IMG/VR virus record: IMGVR_UViG_3300033559_000291 | Span: 1 to 26,957 of that record | Direction: 5' to 3' (one strand) | Origin: a virus | Lineage: Duplodnaviria > Caudoviricetes | Length of the DNA: 26,957 nt | Part shown: positions 14,384 to 24,100 of the stretch, one piece after another | How positions within the stretch are numbered: the stretch's first letter is position 1 | Layout of the letters: the number at the start of each line of letters is the position of its first letter | Notes under the pieces: model-generated | Seen by the model: only the letters and a program-made list of their open reading frames with translations | What the model was told of the DNA's origin: nothing | The model's database searches: none | Translations under genes and position numbers: made by a program

Positions 14384-15773
14384 AAAGAACTTTAGCAACC
14401 TCGAAAACGCAGGATACGCAGGAGATAGCATTGATATTTCGGCTCTCTGCCCCTATCAATTTGTTTCTGATGCTTATCACGGTACAAACGGATTTCGTGA
14501 TGGTCGCTATATCTCAAAATATCAGCGTGAAATGAGTTATGATAATAGACGCAAACAATCCTACTACAAGAATTTTGTCAAAGGTATTGTTGATGCGGTG
14601 ATTATCCCGGTGTTTTCTGATGAAGTTTTGCGGGTATGTGATAGTGATTTGTTCAATGCGTTTATCCAAAATTGTGATAATGCAGGAACCAAGCTCCAAA
14701 ATATGACCAAGTCAGCAACAAAATATGCTCGGCTTCACGGTGTCTCTTTTTTGGTGATGGATAACTTTCCTGCCGATCAGCTTGTCGGAAGTCAGGCAGA
14801 GATTATTGCTTCACGCAAATTTCCCTACATCTATCTGCAAAAAGCATCAACGGTAAAAAGCTACAAAACAGATACCTTTGGCAATTTGGAAGAGATTGTT
14901 TTTTATGACCGCACCCAAAAGGATGACAAAAAACAGACCTCTGAAAAGCTCTATCGTAAGTGGACCAAAGAGTATAGTGTCACCGTAAAAATTGACGACA
15001 AAGGAAAAGAGCAAGAAGTTGGTGCACAGTCAGTGCACGGGTTGGGTGTTGTTCCTGTCATAGAAGTTCGTTCGGCAGATGCAGAGGGCTTTTTGCCGTC
15101 TCCTCCCTATTACGATATTTGTCGGCTCAATTGGGCAATTTACAACCAAGATTCAGAGCAACGGAATATCGAACGGCAACAGGCTTTTTCTCTTTTGGTT
15201 ATGCCCGGAAATGAAGCAAACAGTAATGCAGAAGTTGGAGCCAATTCGGTTTTGTGGGTTGACCCTGATTCTTCTCAATCGCCCTCTTTTATCTCACCTG
15301 ATGCAGGAATACTTACAACTCTCAGAGATAGTAGTGCTGAAAATGTGAACAATCTTTTGGCTCAAGCGAATGTGCTTGGTGCAACAGCTGTCGTAAAAGG
15401 TGGTGGTTCTGATAAATCGGGTGTTGCTCACTCCTATACTTTTCAAGGGCAGAATTTTGCCCTCAAAGAGACCTCTCAAATCGCCACTGATACCGAAAAG
15501 AAAGTTGCAGAACTATTCAAAAAGTATGTACCCAGTGAGGATTTTGAGTATACCGTTGAATATCCCGATGATTTTGCACCGACCTACGAAAATGTCAAAA
15601 CCAATATGGACTTTTGTGAGAGAATTGCAGATAGAAACATCTCTCCAGCGGTGACAACAAAAGTAAATATCCTGATGGTAAAACAACTGTACGAACTCTT
15701 TCAGCTTCCCAATGATGATTATGCTGATGTTGAAAAAGACATTGTTGAAAATGGCAGTGGGGTAGTGGAATGA
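14376..15773 (+). CDS. Portal protein
   Basis: 465 aa after TerL; YYKNFVKGIVD, HGLGVVPV, SGVA motifs typical of SPP1-like portals. Confidence 0.88.
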   Translation: MPEKNFSNLENAGYAGDSIDISALCPYQFVSDAYHGTNGFRDGRYISKYQREMSYDNRRKQSYYKNFVKGIVDAVIIPVFSDEVLRVCDSDLFNAFIQNCDNAGTKLQNMTKSATKYARLHGVSFLVMDNFPADQLVGSQAEIIASRKFPYIYLQKASTVKSYKTDTFGNLEEIVFYDRTQKDDKKQTSEKLYRKWTKEYSVTVKIDDKGKEQEVGAQSVHGLGVVPVIEVRSADAEGFLPSPPYYDICRLNWAIYNQDSEQRNIERQQAFSLLVMPGNEANSNAEVGANSVLWVDPDSSQSPSFISPDAGILTTLRDSSAENVNNLLAQANVLGATAVVKGGGSDKSGVAHSYTFQGQNFALKETSQIATDTEKKVAELFKKYVPSEDFEYTVEYPDDFAPTYENVKTNMDFCERIADRNISPAVTTKVNILMVKQLYELFQLPNDDYADVEKDIVENGSGVVE

Positions 15774-16789
15774 ATATCGGAGCTCAATTTTCCGCAGTAG
15801 CAAATAGATGGGATTCGTACATCAATGGCGGTCTATTGGGCAATGGCTTGAGCGGAAAAGTTCAGAAGAAGCTCGGCAATTTGATAGAGAAACCTCTTTC
15901 AAAAATTGATTTGCAAACCAAACTCAATACCGTTTTGGCTGATACTGATTTCTATGGGAAATCGGTTGACCATATCCACGCTTCTATGGTGCTTGCCAAT
16001 CCAAAGCTCGACAAAAAGAAGATGATTTATGGACTCAATAAGACCAAGCACGGTGATTTGCTCGATGGTCTGAGAAACGGCAATATGGCTGACACTTTGG
16101 CTGATAGAATATCTACCGAAGTAGATCTTTTGCAGGGGAGAGTTTCACGGCTTGATGGGTATCTCAAAGAGAAAAACTTTGGTGCTCTTGGTGATATAGA
16201 AACCATCATTGGCACGAATAATACTCGTTTTAAAAACTTTGATGAGCGGAGCAAATACCTTTCTGCAAAGCTCAAAAACAGAGGTCTTTCGGGGGAGCAG
16301 AGAAAGCAGATTACTGCCGAACTAAAGCGAGCTCAGAAACAGACCAAGCAAGCTCAAAAAGAGTTTCAGAAGCAACAAAAAGAGCTTGCACAATTCAAGA
16401 AAAAGTTTGAACGGCTTTCAGATTCTCAAAAACAAAAAGAGTTTGAAAAGCTCGTTCGTTCGGTTCGGGGTGGCGTTATCGCTTCTCAATCGGCAATTAT
16501 TGATAGTGTGGTGAATAGTACCGCTTCCTATCAGGTTCGCCGATTGGCACAAGACCAGGCGTTTAATCTGCAACAAGAAGCAAATCTCAAAGAGAGAGAT
16601 GAGCTTGAAAAAAGTGGGAAATCTGTTTTTGGGAAATGGTCACTTTCACCGTCTCATACTTTTCATATGGCAGGTGACCCGTGCGAGAAGTTTGCAAAGA
16701 TAGAAGTTTTCCCTGCGAAATCGTGCCCAGAACCGATAAAAGACACTCATTTTGGGTGTAAATGTACCGTAGAATTTTTTGTGAAATAA
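15770..16789 (+). CDS. Minor head / head morphogenesis protein (SPP1 gp7/MuF-like)
   Basis: Position after the portal; RRLA, W.LS..H....D.C, HFGCKC at the C-terminus. Confidence 0.7.
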   Translation: MNIGAQFSAVANRWDSYINGGLLGNGLSGKVQKKLGNLIEKPLSKIDLQTKLNTVLADTDFYGKSVDHIHASMVLANPKLDKKKMIYGLNKTKHGDLLDGLRNGNMADTLADRISTEVDLLQGRVSRLDGYLKEKNFGALGDIETIIGTNNTRFKNFDERSKYLSAKLKNRGLSGEQRKQITAELKRAQKQTKQAQKEFQKQQKELAQFKKKFERLSDSQKQKEFEKLVRSVRGGVIASQSAIIDSVVNSTASYQVRRLAQDQAFNLQQEANLKERDELEKSGKSVFGKWSLSPSHTFHMAGDPCEKFAKIEVFPAKSCPEPIKDTHFGCKCTVEFFVK

Positions 16790-16831
16790 TAGCCCCGATG
16801 AGGGCAGAACCTTTTTCCCGATGAGGAACAA

Positions 16832-17515
16832 ATGAAAACACTTGAAGAACTTACTTCCGTACTCAATGCCACAACGCTTGATAACAAAACTGCAATTATT
16901 GAGGCGGTGACCTCTCTTATTGGAGCAGAAAAGCAAAGAGGCATTGAGAGCTACCGTAAAAAGGATGCTGATGTTTTGAAGCTGAAAAATGTCATTAAAT
17001 CACTTGGGTATGACAGAGAAGATTTTGAAGGCATTGAGCAATTTGCAGAATCTTTGAAAGCAACCAAGCAGAAATCAACAGAGAATCAGACCGAAATGGA
17101 AAAGCTCCTTGCTCTTGTTGAGGCTCTTCAAAACGAAAATTCGGCAACAAAGGCAGAACGTGAAGCAGAGCGGAAAAAAAGTGAGCGATCTGCACTGAGT
17201 CAGAAGCTCACAGAAGCTATTGGAAGTAAGCTCTATGCGTCAAGTGCAATCATCGAATCTCTTCTCAACAATGGCGTTGTAAAAATGGTTGATGGGAAGA
17301 TGGTCTTTTCGACTGATACAGGAGATGTCTCAGATTTTGAAACAGGAATTAAACACATTCTTGATAAAAATAAAGACGCTCTCAAAACAGAACAGCGTGG
17401 GGGAGCTGGTAATCCAAAAGGTGACGACCCCTACAAACAAAAAACTGATATTTCAAATATGTCACCTGCGGAAATCGCAAACAATCCAGAGATTTTGAAA
17501 GAGTGGGGATTGTAA
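16832..17515 (+). CDS. Capsid scaffolding protein
   Basis: Charged coiled coil, GGAGNP linker, short C-terminal helix; directly upstream of the capsid gene. Confidence 0.8.
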   Translation: MKTLEELTSVLNATTLDNKTAIIEAVTSLIGAEKQRGIESYRKKDADVLKLKNVIKSLGYDREDFEGIEQFAESLKATKQKSTENQTEMEKLLALVEALQNENSATKAEREAERKKSERSALSQKLTEAIGSKLYASSAIIESLLNNGVVKMVDGKMVFSTDTGDVSDFETGIKHILDKNKDALKTEQRGGAGNPKGDDPYKQKTDISNMSPAEIANNPEILKEWGL

Positions 17516-17542
17516 AACTATCTATCATAAAGGATGTGAAAA

Positions 17543-18382
17543 ATGAGTTTTCATTTAGACAAATTTATCCCAAAAAATGTAATTACTGCAAAAGTAATCC
17601 TTGAGCTTCGTAAGGCTCAGACTTTCCGCCAGTTGGTCAATGTGCATACTCCTACACAACTTGGTCGTGGAGATTCATATCGTGTTCCGGGCGTTGGAGA
17701 TATTACTGTTGGGACATATGCGGGAACAGACATTTCAATTCAGGATTTAGCTGATATTAACAGCGATATTGCAATCAATCAGGCGAAATATTATGCGTTT
17801 TACCTTGATATGGTTGATAACGCACAAGCAGCTCAAACAATTCTGCCTCTCTATTCTTCTCGTGCGGCGTATAAATTGGCTGATGCTGCGGATGCTTTTA
17901 TTGCTACAACAATGACAAGTGGTGCAACTGTTGTAAATGCTACTCCTCAAGATGTTGACGACACCAATGTGGCTGATGTTATTCTTGCTATCAAGACAAA
18001 AATGGATGAGGCAAATGTACCTCTTGCAGGTCGTTATTTGGTTGTTCCTCCTTTTATGGATGCGGCAATTGCTAAAGCTAACATTATGGCCATTCAGGCT
18101 TCTGAGCAGGCTCGTGGGAATGGTTTTATTACTCGTTTTCTTGGCTTTGATATTTACACCTCAAATAACCTTGTGAATGGAGCCAATGTGGCTCCAAAAC
18201 CACAGGCTCGTTTTGTTGTTGCGGGAATTATGGATGCTTTTGATTTTGTGGATTGCCTCAATGAAGTAATCTTTATGGATTCAGAAAAGCGTTTTGCTTC
18301 TCTGTCAAAAGGGCTTCATGTCTATGGCGGAAAAGTGACGCAAGCTGCTGCTATCTACAAACAAGATGTTCAGCCTGCATAA
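17543..18382 (+). CDS. Major capsid protein (HK97 fold)
   Basis: GDSYRVPGVG, GRYLVVPP, FLGFDIYTSNNL, GLHVYGGKV; follows the scaffold. Confidence 0.9.
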   Translation: MSFHLDKFIPKNVITAKVILELRKAQTFRQLVNVHTPTQLGRGDSYRVPGVGDITVGTYAGTDISIQDLADINSDIAINQAKYYAFYLDMVDNAQAAQTILPLYSSRAAYKLADAADAFIATTMTSGATVVNATPQDVDDTNVADVILAIKTKMDEANVPLAGRYLVVPPFMDAAIAKANIMAIQASEQARGNGFITRFLGFDIYTSNNLVNGANVAPKPQARFVVAGIMDAFDFVDCLNEVIFMDSEKRFASLSKGLHVYGGKVTQAAAIYKQDVQPA

Positions 18383-18819
18383 TGGCAGAATCTTTTCGCA
18401 TTGAGCTTGCAATAGAGCCTTCTCGTGGTGGGACGGTTGGGCAGTTCTTTACCAGAATACAGAGGACATTTGATAGTAACTTCTTTGAGGCTACTGAAAA
18501 TATTGCTCAAAAACTGCGTAAGGATGCCCAACAAAACCACAAATATCATACTCGAACGGGTAATTTGGAACGGTCTACGATTGTAGAAAACAAGACTCGT
18601 TTGGGTAAGATGGATATTGCTCTATTGGTTGATAAAAAGAAAGCTCCCTATGCAGGTTGGATTATCAATGGGAAAATGGTTCGTTTTGGTAAAACTATCA
18701 GAACAAAAAAAGGTCCCGACCCTTTTCTTGATAAAGCGGTTGATGATAATCAGGCGTGGATTGAAGAAGAGCTTCGGCAGGTTGGCGTGAAAACGGCTCA
18801 TACCGTAGAAAGGCTATAA
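18382..18819 (+). CDS. HK97 gp10-like neck/tail completion protein
   Basis: RTGNLERS, APYA..I..G, PDPFL..A motifs. Confidence 0.75.
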   Translation: MAESFRIELAIEPSRGGTVGQFFTRIQRTFDSNFFEATENIAQKLRKDAQQNHKYHTRTGNLERSTIVENKTRLGKMDIALLVDKKKAPYAGWIINGKMVRFGKTIRTKKGPDPFLDKAVDDNQAWIEEELRQVGVKTAHTVERL

Positions 18820-18820
18820 T

Positions 18821-19213
18821 ATGGCTGATTATATTGTCCTTGAAGATGTCAAGCATACTCATTTCAACCAGTTTCCCGAAGAGACTCGGCAACCATACAT
18901 TGACGAAGCAAATGCGTGGTATGAAGATTTTGCGGACACTTTGGGACTTTTCCCCGAACAGCTTACTACCCCGATTCCTCTTTTGGCAAAACGGCTTTTG
19001 GCAAACTATGCTCTAATGCGTTTTTCTGAGGATAATATTGGCTCAACTGATATTTCAACTGAAGATGGTGAGGATGTCTACCAAAAGTATTACAACCACT
19101 ATCAGAAATCGGTGCAAGATGTCAAAGTCCAAATTACTCCAGAGATGCTTCAAGGCTTAAAAACAGGAAGAGTTGGGCGGTCGGTCTCTTTCGGAAAGCT
19201 GTTTAGAACATAA
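18821..19213 (+). CDS. Putative head-tail adaptor
   Basis: 130 aa; Y....DV N-terminus, YIDEAN helix, basic/Gly C-terminal strand; synteny. Confidence 0.55.
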   Translation: MADYIVLEDVKHTHFNQFPEETRQPYIDEANAWYEDFADTLGLFPEQLTTPIPLLAKRLLANYALMRFSEDNIGSTDISTEDGEDVYQKYYNHYQKSVQDVKVQITPEMLQGLKTGRVGRSVSFGKLFRT

Positions 19214-19728
19214 TGGATAGAATAACGGCAATTGAGGAAAAGCTAAAAGAACTTCTTGAAACCATAGATGGGACTGTTCAACCAAGTGGTTACCAATATC
19301 ACACGACTACTGGAACGGTGAATATTGAGGACGAAGCTCTTTCTTTGGCTCAAAATACGGATAATAAAGCGGTCAATTACTGCATTTATGTATCAGAAGA
19401 GCGGGCTTTGGATTGGTCAATCGGGCAGAATGCCTATATGAACGAACTTGTGTTTATGATTTCGGCACGGGTTCATAATATCGGCACAGAAGATAATCCA
19501 AAGTTTGCAATCACCGAACGGATGAATGAAGTTTTATCAGATATTAAGCATCTGATTTACAAAAATAGCACCATTGGACGATTGGTAGAACTTGCTTCGT
19601 ATGTGGGTTCACGCCGTCAACCAAGTGCCACAAATAACAGAATTATGACAGGTGATATTGAGATATTTGTGCAAGTGCAATACTCTCAACAGGGTGAAAA
19701 TCCCGATATACAAGCCTGTAATTTTTAA
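19213..19728 (+). CDS. Putative tail terminator
   Basis: 171 aa immediately upstream of the tail tube; size and synteny. Confidence 0.55.
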   Translation: MDRITAIEEKLKELLETIDGTVQPSGYQYHTTTGTVNIEDEALSLAQNTDNKAVNYCIYVSEERALDWSIGQNAYMNELVFMISARVHNIGTEDNPKFAITERMNEVLSDIKHLIYKNSTIGRLVELASYVGSRRQPSATNNRIMTGDIEIFVQVQYSQQGENPDIQACNF

Positions 19729-19737
19729 GGAGAATCT

Positions 19738-20835
19738 ATGGCTTTTGGAATGAAAACACAGCTCATTGGATTTGTAGAAGAAACTACTTCGGGAACCTAT
19801 AATTCAGCAGTAGAAACAGCACGCCCCAATGTTCGCATTGAAACGGGTGCCACTGTTGATACTGCGGTTGAACTTGATGGGGAAACAGATTTCCTTTCGG
19901 GCGATTGGGGTGGGAATGATATTTCTGTTCCGGGAGCACGAACGGCAAAAGTAACCCCACCCACAAAGATGTCAGCAGGTGAGTTTGTTGCAGGAACTCC
20001 TGCAAAACATAAACTTACCTATGCTCCATTGCTCAAGGCTTCGGGGCTTGCTTCTGTTGGAAAAAGTGTTGAGACAACTGATAATGTGGCAGGAACTCGC
20101 TTCTTTTTCCCCTCAAGACTCTACGCAGGGAAAACGCTCTCCTTTGCTCGTTGGCTTGCAAATAACAGTGGAACATCGACAAAAGTACATAGAGATTGTA
20201 TTTCGGGTGCGGTTGCCAATTTTTCTATTGATGTGGCAGGCAGAGGCAAACCGTTTATGCTCAATACAGAGTTTAGCGGTGTTGTTGAAAGTGTAGGTGA
20301 TATTGACCTTTCTGAAATGCCTCTTTTTGATGATGCAAACGCACTGGCAATTATCCCTGATGCTTTTTTGGAAACAACTATTACCCTCAAAAACATTGTA
20401 GATAGTGAAACAACAAGCCATTGTGTAGCAAAGCTCAATTTTAACAATAATGCCGTTGTTTCGGAAATAGAGTGCCAATCTCACCCCAGTGGTATTCAGA
20501 GCTATTACGTTTCCGATATTGCTCCATCGTTGTCGATTGACCCTCTTTTGAGAACCAAAGACCAATTCGACACTTGGACAAGTCTTATTGAAAGCACTCT
20601 TTATGAGGTAACAATTGCTTCTCCTCATATCGAATTATACATTCCCCGTGCTCAGATTCTTGAGGCTCCAATTGTTGATTCAAATGGTATTGCTCGGACT
20701 GCTATCAAGTTTAAGCCATTGCGGAATATTTACAAGGATTTGCCTGTCGGACTTCTTGAAGCAAATATGACTGGGTACACCATTGAAGAGGCAATGTACT
20801 TTATTGCGATTAAGGAGAAAGCAAGTGACTACTAA
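19738..20835 (+). CDS. Major tail tube protein
   Basis: Strong AAGGAG RBS; GFVEETTSGTY N-terminus, LLKASGL, NNNAV; precedes chaperones and tape measure. Confidence 0.75.
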   Translation: MAFGMKTQLIGFVEETTSGTYNSAVETARPNVRIETGATVDTAVELDGETDFLSGDWGGNDISVPGARTAKVTPPTKMSAGEFVAGTPAKHKLTYAPLLKASGLASVGKSVETTDNVAGTRFFFPSRLYAGKTLSFARWLANNSGTSTKVHRDCISGAVANFSIDVAGRGKPFMLNTEFSGVVESVGDIDLSEMPLFDDANALAIIPDAFLETTITLKNIVDSETTSHCVAKLNFNNNAVVSEIECQSHPSGIQSYYVSDIAPSLSIDPLLRTKDQFDTWTSLIESTLYEVTIASPHIELYIPRAQILEAPIVDSNGIARTAIKFKPLRNIYKDLPVGLLEANMTGYTIEEAMYFIAIKEKASDY

Positions 20836-21199
20836 AAAGAAACTTCCCGATGAAGTGAAAGATATGCTCCGTGGATATTCGGCTACTTTTGGGACTTATA
20901 CAGTAAAAATTGGAGAGGAAGAATTAGGGGAATATGCTCCTGAATTTACCTTGAAAAACCTCAATGTTGGGGATTTAAAATCAATTCAAAATGACCCGGG
21001 TAATGATGCTCTTGGGCTTGAAATTATCCGAAAAAATATGGTTGGAGCGACCAATATTTTCGATTATGATTCGGGGGAGATGATTGAGTTTATTGCCGAT
21101 AAAAACGGGAGCTGTAGCGAAGAGTTCTTTGATAAGATTCCTGCTCAAATTGCGGTGACCATATTGCACAAAATGGTCGATCTCAATAGCCGTGGATGA
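20825..21199 (+). CDS. Putative tail assembly chaperone
   Basis: GTG at 20825 after AAGGAG; synteny between tube and tape measure. Confidence 0.65.
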   Translation: MTTKKKLPDEVKDMLRGYSATFGTYTVKIGEEELGEYAPEFTLKNLNVGDLKSIQNDPGNDALGLEIIRKNMVGATNIFDYDSGEMIEFIADKNGSCSEEFFDKIPAQIAVTILHKMVDLNSRG

Positions 21200-21572
21200 G
21201 ACTTTCGACATTATTGAAGAGAGGGTGATTCTGCTCTCTCTATTACATCATAGACTTTTGTCAATGCACTGTAGCGATTGTTCGGCAGAGCAACAGGAAG
21301 AACTTAATTGTGGGTGCAAATATAGGGAAGAGCCTGTTTTATATGAACCAACTATCCAAAAAGAGGTTTTTGCCTGCCCAATCAGGATGATTCCCAAAGA
21401 GATTTTTGAGCTATATGATAAGTTTGCTTTTGTACAAGAGTTTGGGGGAGTAGGGGCGTATCAGGATTGTGACGCTCTCTATTGGTGGTTTCACAAAACA
21501 TATCTGCATTACTCAAATAAACATAGTATCCAAAAAATGGAATTAGATAGCAAATCCAGAGGCTTAAAATGA
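21192..21572 (+). CDS. Putative second tail assembly chaperone, Cys-rich
   Basis: CSDC..NCGC..CP; overlaps both neighbours. Confidence 0.55.
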   Translation: MDETFDIIEERVILLSLLHHRLLSMHCSDCSAEQQEELNCGCKYREEPVLYEPTIQKEVFACPIRMIPKEIFELYDKFAFVQEFGGVGAYQDCDALYWWFHKTYLHYSNKHSIQKMELDSKSRGLK

Positions 21573-24100
21573 TACATATACCAATTATAGCCAATAGTAA
21601 TATCCAACAAATAATGCAAAATGCCACCCAGTCTGTTCAGCAGGCAGGACAAAAGATGTCTCAGTCTATGCAGAGTGCGAGTAGTAAAATTAGCCAGTCA
21701 ATGAATCAGGCAGGACAGAAGATTCAAGGAGCTTTTCAAGGTGCAAGTGGTCAAGTTGGCAATTTCTCAAGCCAAATAACCAGTCAACTAAAAGCCATTC
21801 CACCTCAAGCAATGGTTGCTGTTGCAGGTATTACGGCGGTCGGTGTAGCAGTTACCAAACTTGGTACCGACTATGTTCAGACTGCAAAAAACATCAAAGA
21901 GTTTTCCTCTGCCACATCAACAACTGCCGAAGAATACCAAAAGTTCAAATCTCTTTTTGGGGGAGATGAGGGGGCAGTGGTTGGAGTTATTTCAAATATC
22001 TCTACCACAATGAAAGATGCTATCGACCCCGCAACCGATATGGCAAAAGCATATAAAACTTTGGGTGTTGCTATTACCAATTCAGATGGCTCTTTTCGGA
22101 CAAATTCCCAAATACTTGGAGATACCTTAAAAGGATTATCAAAGGTCACTGATGCCTCTGAACGGGCACGATTGGGCTATTTACTGATGAGTACCGACTA
22201 CTCAAAAGTGGCTATGGTTCTTGAAGATGGTGCAGATGCTTACGAGAAATATAATGCTCAAGCCGAAAAATCTATTGTAATGAATGAGCGTCAGGTGAAA
22301 TTAGGCACTGAAATTGCAAAACAGTTCAGTGTGTTATCCACTGCGGTAAAAAGCGTTACCTTTGAAGCTCTCGACCCACTAATGACAACTCTCAATTCCG
22401 TTTTTTCTCTTTTCCAAAGTGGTAATTCTGTTTTCTCACAACAATTTGAAATGATAAAAGGCTCTCTTACTTCTTTGGGAAAAACTTTTGCAGAAACTTT
22501 TGACACTCTTGCAAACTCAACGCTCTTTTCTGCAATGGTCGCCAATATAAACATTGTCATTATTGCCGTTGATAAATTGATGTGGGTATTCAATAAACTC
22601 TTTGAAACTGCCGAACTCTCACTCACAGGAATCACGCTGATTCTCAATGGGACCATCAAGAAAATTGGTGATTTCTTGGTGATGATGGAGAGCTTGCAGG
22701 CAAAAGCAACCAAGATTTTGGGAACAGGTGAAAATAATCCTGTGTTCAAAGCCTTTTTTGAGGGATTGAGAGATAGTGGTGCAAAGGATTTTGAAAGAGA
22801 TTTAGAGCGGATTGCTATTCTCAAGGAAAAATTATCGGGCAAATGGAAAGCTCCTGAACTGCCCAGTGTTGTTACTCAAAAAGGTGGAACAACTCCTACA
22901 AAAACAGGTGGAACGACTCCAACAACTGACAAAACAGCTATTGCCGAAAATATCATTCCTGTAAATGAGATTAAAACCGCTTCGGTAATGGCAGAGGCTA
23001 CTATCAGCGAGTTTGCAAAGTTCATTGAATACAAATTTGCTCCTCAAAACTTTTCTATTTGGCAGGCTTTTCAAAATGTCCAACCAATGAAAACAGGTCT
23101 TGCACTGGTAACAAAAGAGATTTCTGCAACGCAAGAAAAGAACCTTGCCATTTCTCAGGCAAATTATGAGGCTCAACAGAAAGCCCTTGATGATAACTAT
23201 GTCAATATGTTTATCTCTGATGAGCAATATCTTAAAAGTACGCAAGACCTCAGAGCATCATACGAAATCGAAAAGAAAGATATTATTCTTGCCGGGACAG
23301 AAGTAGAAAAGCAAGCCTATCAATCAGCATCAGAGGCATTTTCTCAGAGCATAGAGAACCGAAAGCAGGCACTTACAGGGCTACTTTCTGCAACGCAAAC
23401 CGTTTGGGGAGCCATTACAACAACCGCTTCGGCGTTTGGGGGCTACCAAGATACGCTTCACCAAAACGAAATGACCCGTTTGCAAGCCGAATCTGATAAG
23501 AGAATGGAGATTATGCAGGAGCAAATGGGGCTTACGGTTATGTCATCTCGTGCTCGTGTTTTGGCAGAGAAACGGATTGCAGATGCTCAAAAGAAGAATG
23601 AAGCTGATGCAGAAACACGAGCCAAAGCCTATAACGAGAAGAAAAAGGGTTGGGCGATTACTCAAGCCACTATTGATGGTGCTCTTTCTATTGCTAATAT
23701 CTGGAAAGATTGGGCAAGTAATCCCATAATGGCAGGGATTTTGACAGCTCTTGCTACTGCTACAACTGCCACACAAATTGCTACTATTTCAGCTCAACAG
23801 TATGCCAATGGTGGCGTAATCGGTGGAATGACTGGTGCGAGTTACGGAAAAGATAATACGGTGATTTCTGCCCGAAAAGGTGAGATGGTTATCAATGCTC
23901 CACAGCAACGGGAGCTTTGGGCAGTGGTCAATGGTCGCTCTTCAAGAGGTTCAAGCGTAACTTTATCACCAGTAATCACTTATAATGTATCAGGTGATGT
24001 TTCAAAAGATACTATGAAGCGACTCAAACAGAATGAAAATGAGTCACTTGCAAACCTTGAAGCATCAATTAAGACTCTCAAAAGATACGGGAGAATCTGA
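21569..24100 (+). CDS. Tape measure protein
   Basis: 843 aa, A/S/T/Q-rich and helical; 11-residue repeats at the N-terminus; C-terminal YANGGVI..GEMVIN..QQ motif. Confidence 0.9.
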   Translation: MIHIPIIANSNIQQIMQNATQSVQQAGQKMSQSMQSASSKISQSMNQAGQKIQGAFQGASGQVGNFSSQITSQLKAIPPQAMVAVAGITAVGVAVTKLGTDYVQTAKNIKEFSSATSTTAEEYQKFKSLFGGDEGAVVGVISNISTTMKDAIDPATDMAKAYKTLGVAITNSDGSFRTNSQILGDTLKGLSKVTDASERARLGYLLMSTDYSKVAMVLEDGADAYEKYNAQAEKSIVMNERQVKLGTEIAKQFSVLSTAVKSVTFEALDPLMTTLNSVFSLFQSGNSVFSQQFEMIKGSLTSLGKTFAETFDTLANSTLFSAMVANINIVIIAVDKLMWVFNKLFETAELSLTGITLILNGTIKKIGDFLVMMESLQAKATKILGTGENNPVFKAFFEGLRDSGAKDFERDLERIAILKEKLSGKWKAPELPSVVTQKGGTTPTKTGGTTPTTDKTAIAENIIPVNEIKTASVMAEATISEFAKFIEYKFAPQNFSIWQAFQNVQPMKTGLALVTKEISATQEKNLAISQANYEAQQKALDDNYVNMFISDEQYLKSTQDLRASYEIEKKDIILAGTEVEKQAYQSASEAFSQSIENRKQALTGLLSATQTVWGAITTTASAFGGYQDTLHQNEMTRLQAESDKRMEIMQEQMGLTVMSSRARVLAEKRIADAQKKNEADAETRAKAYNEKKKGWAITQATIDGALSIANIWKDWASNPIMAGILTALATATTATQIATISAQQYANGGVIGGMTGASYGKDNTVISARKGEMVINAPQQRELWAVVNGRSSRGSSVTLSPVITYNVSGDVSKDTMKRLKQNENESLANLEASIKTLKRYGRI

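Noticed and set aside
22880-22927. GGTGGAAC(A/G)ACTCC repeat
   Set aside because: Explained by a GGTTPT linker duplication within the tape measure protein
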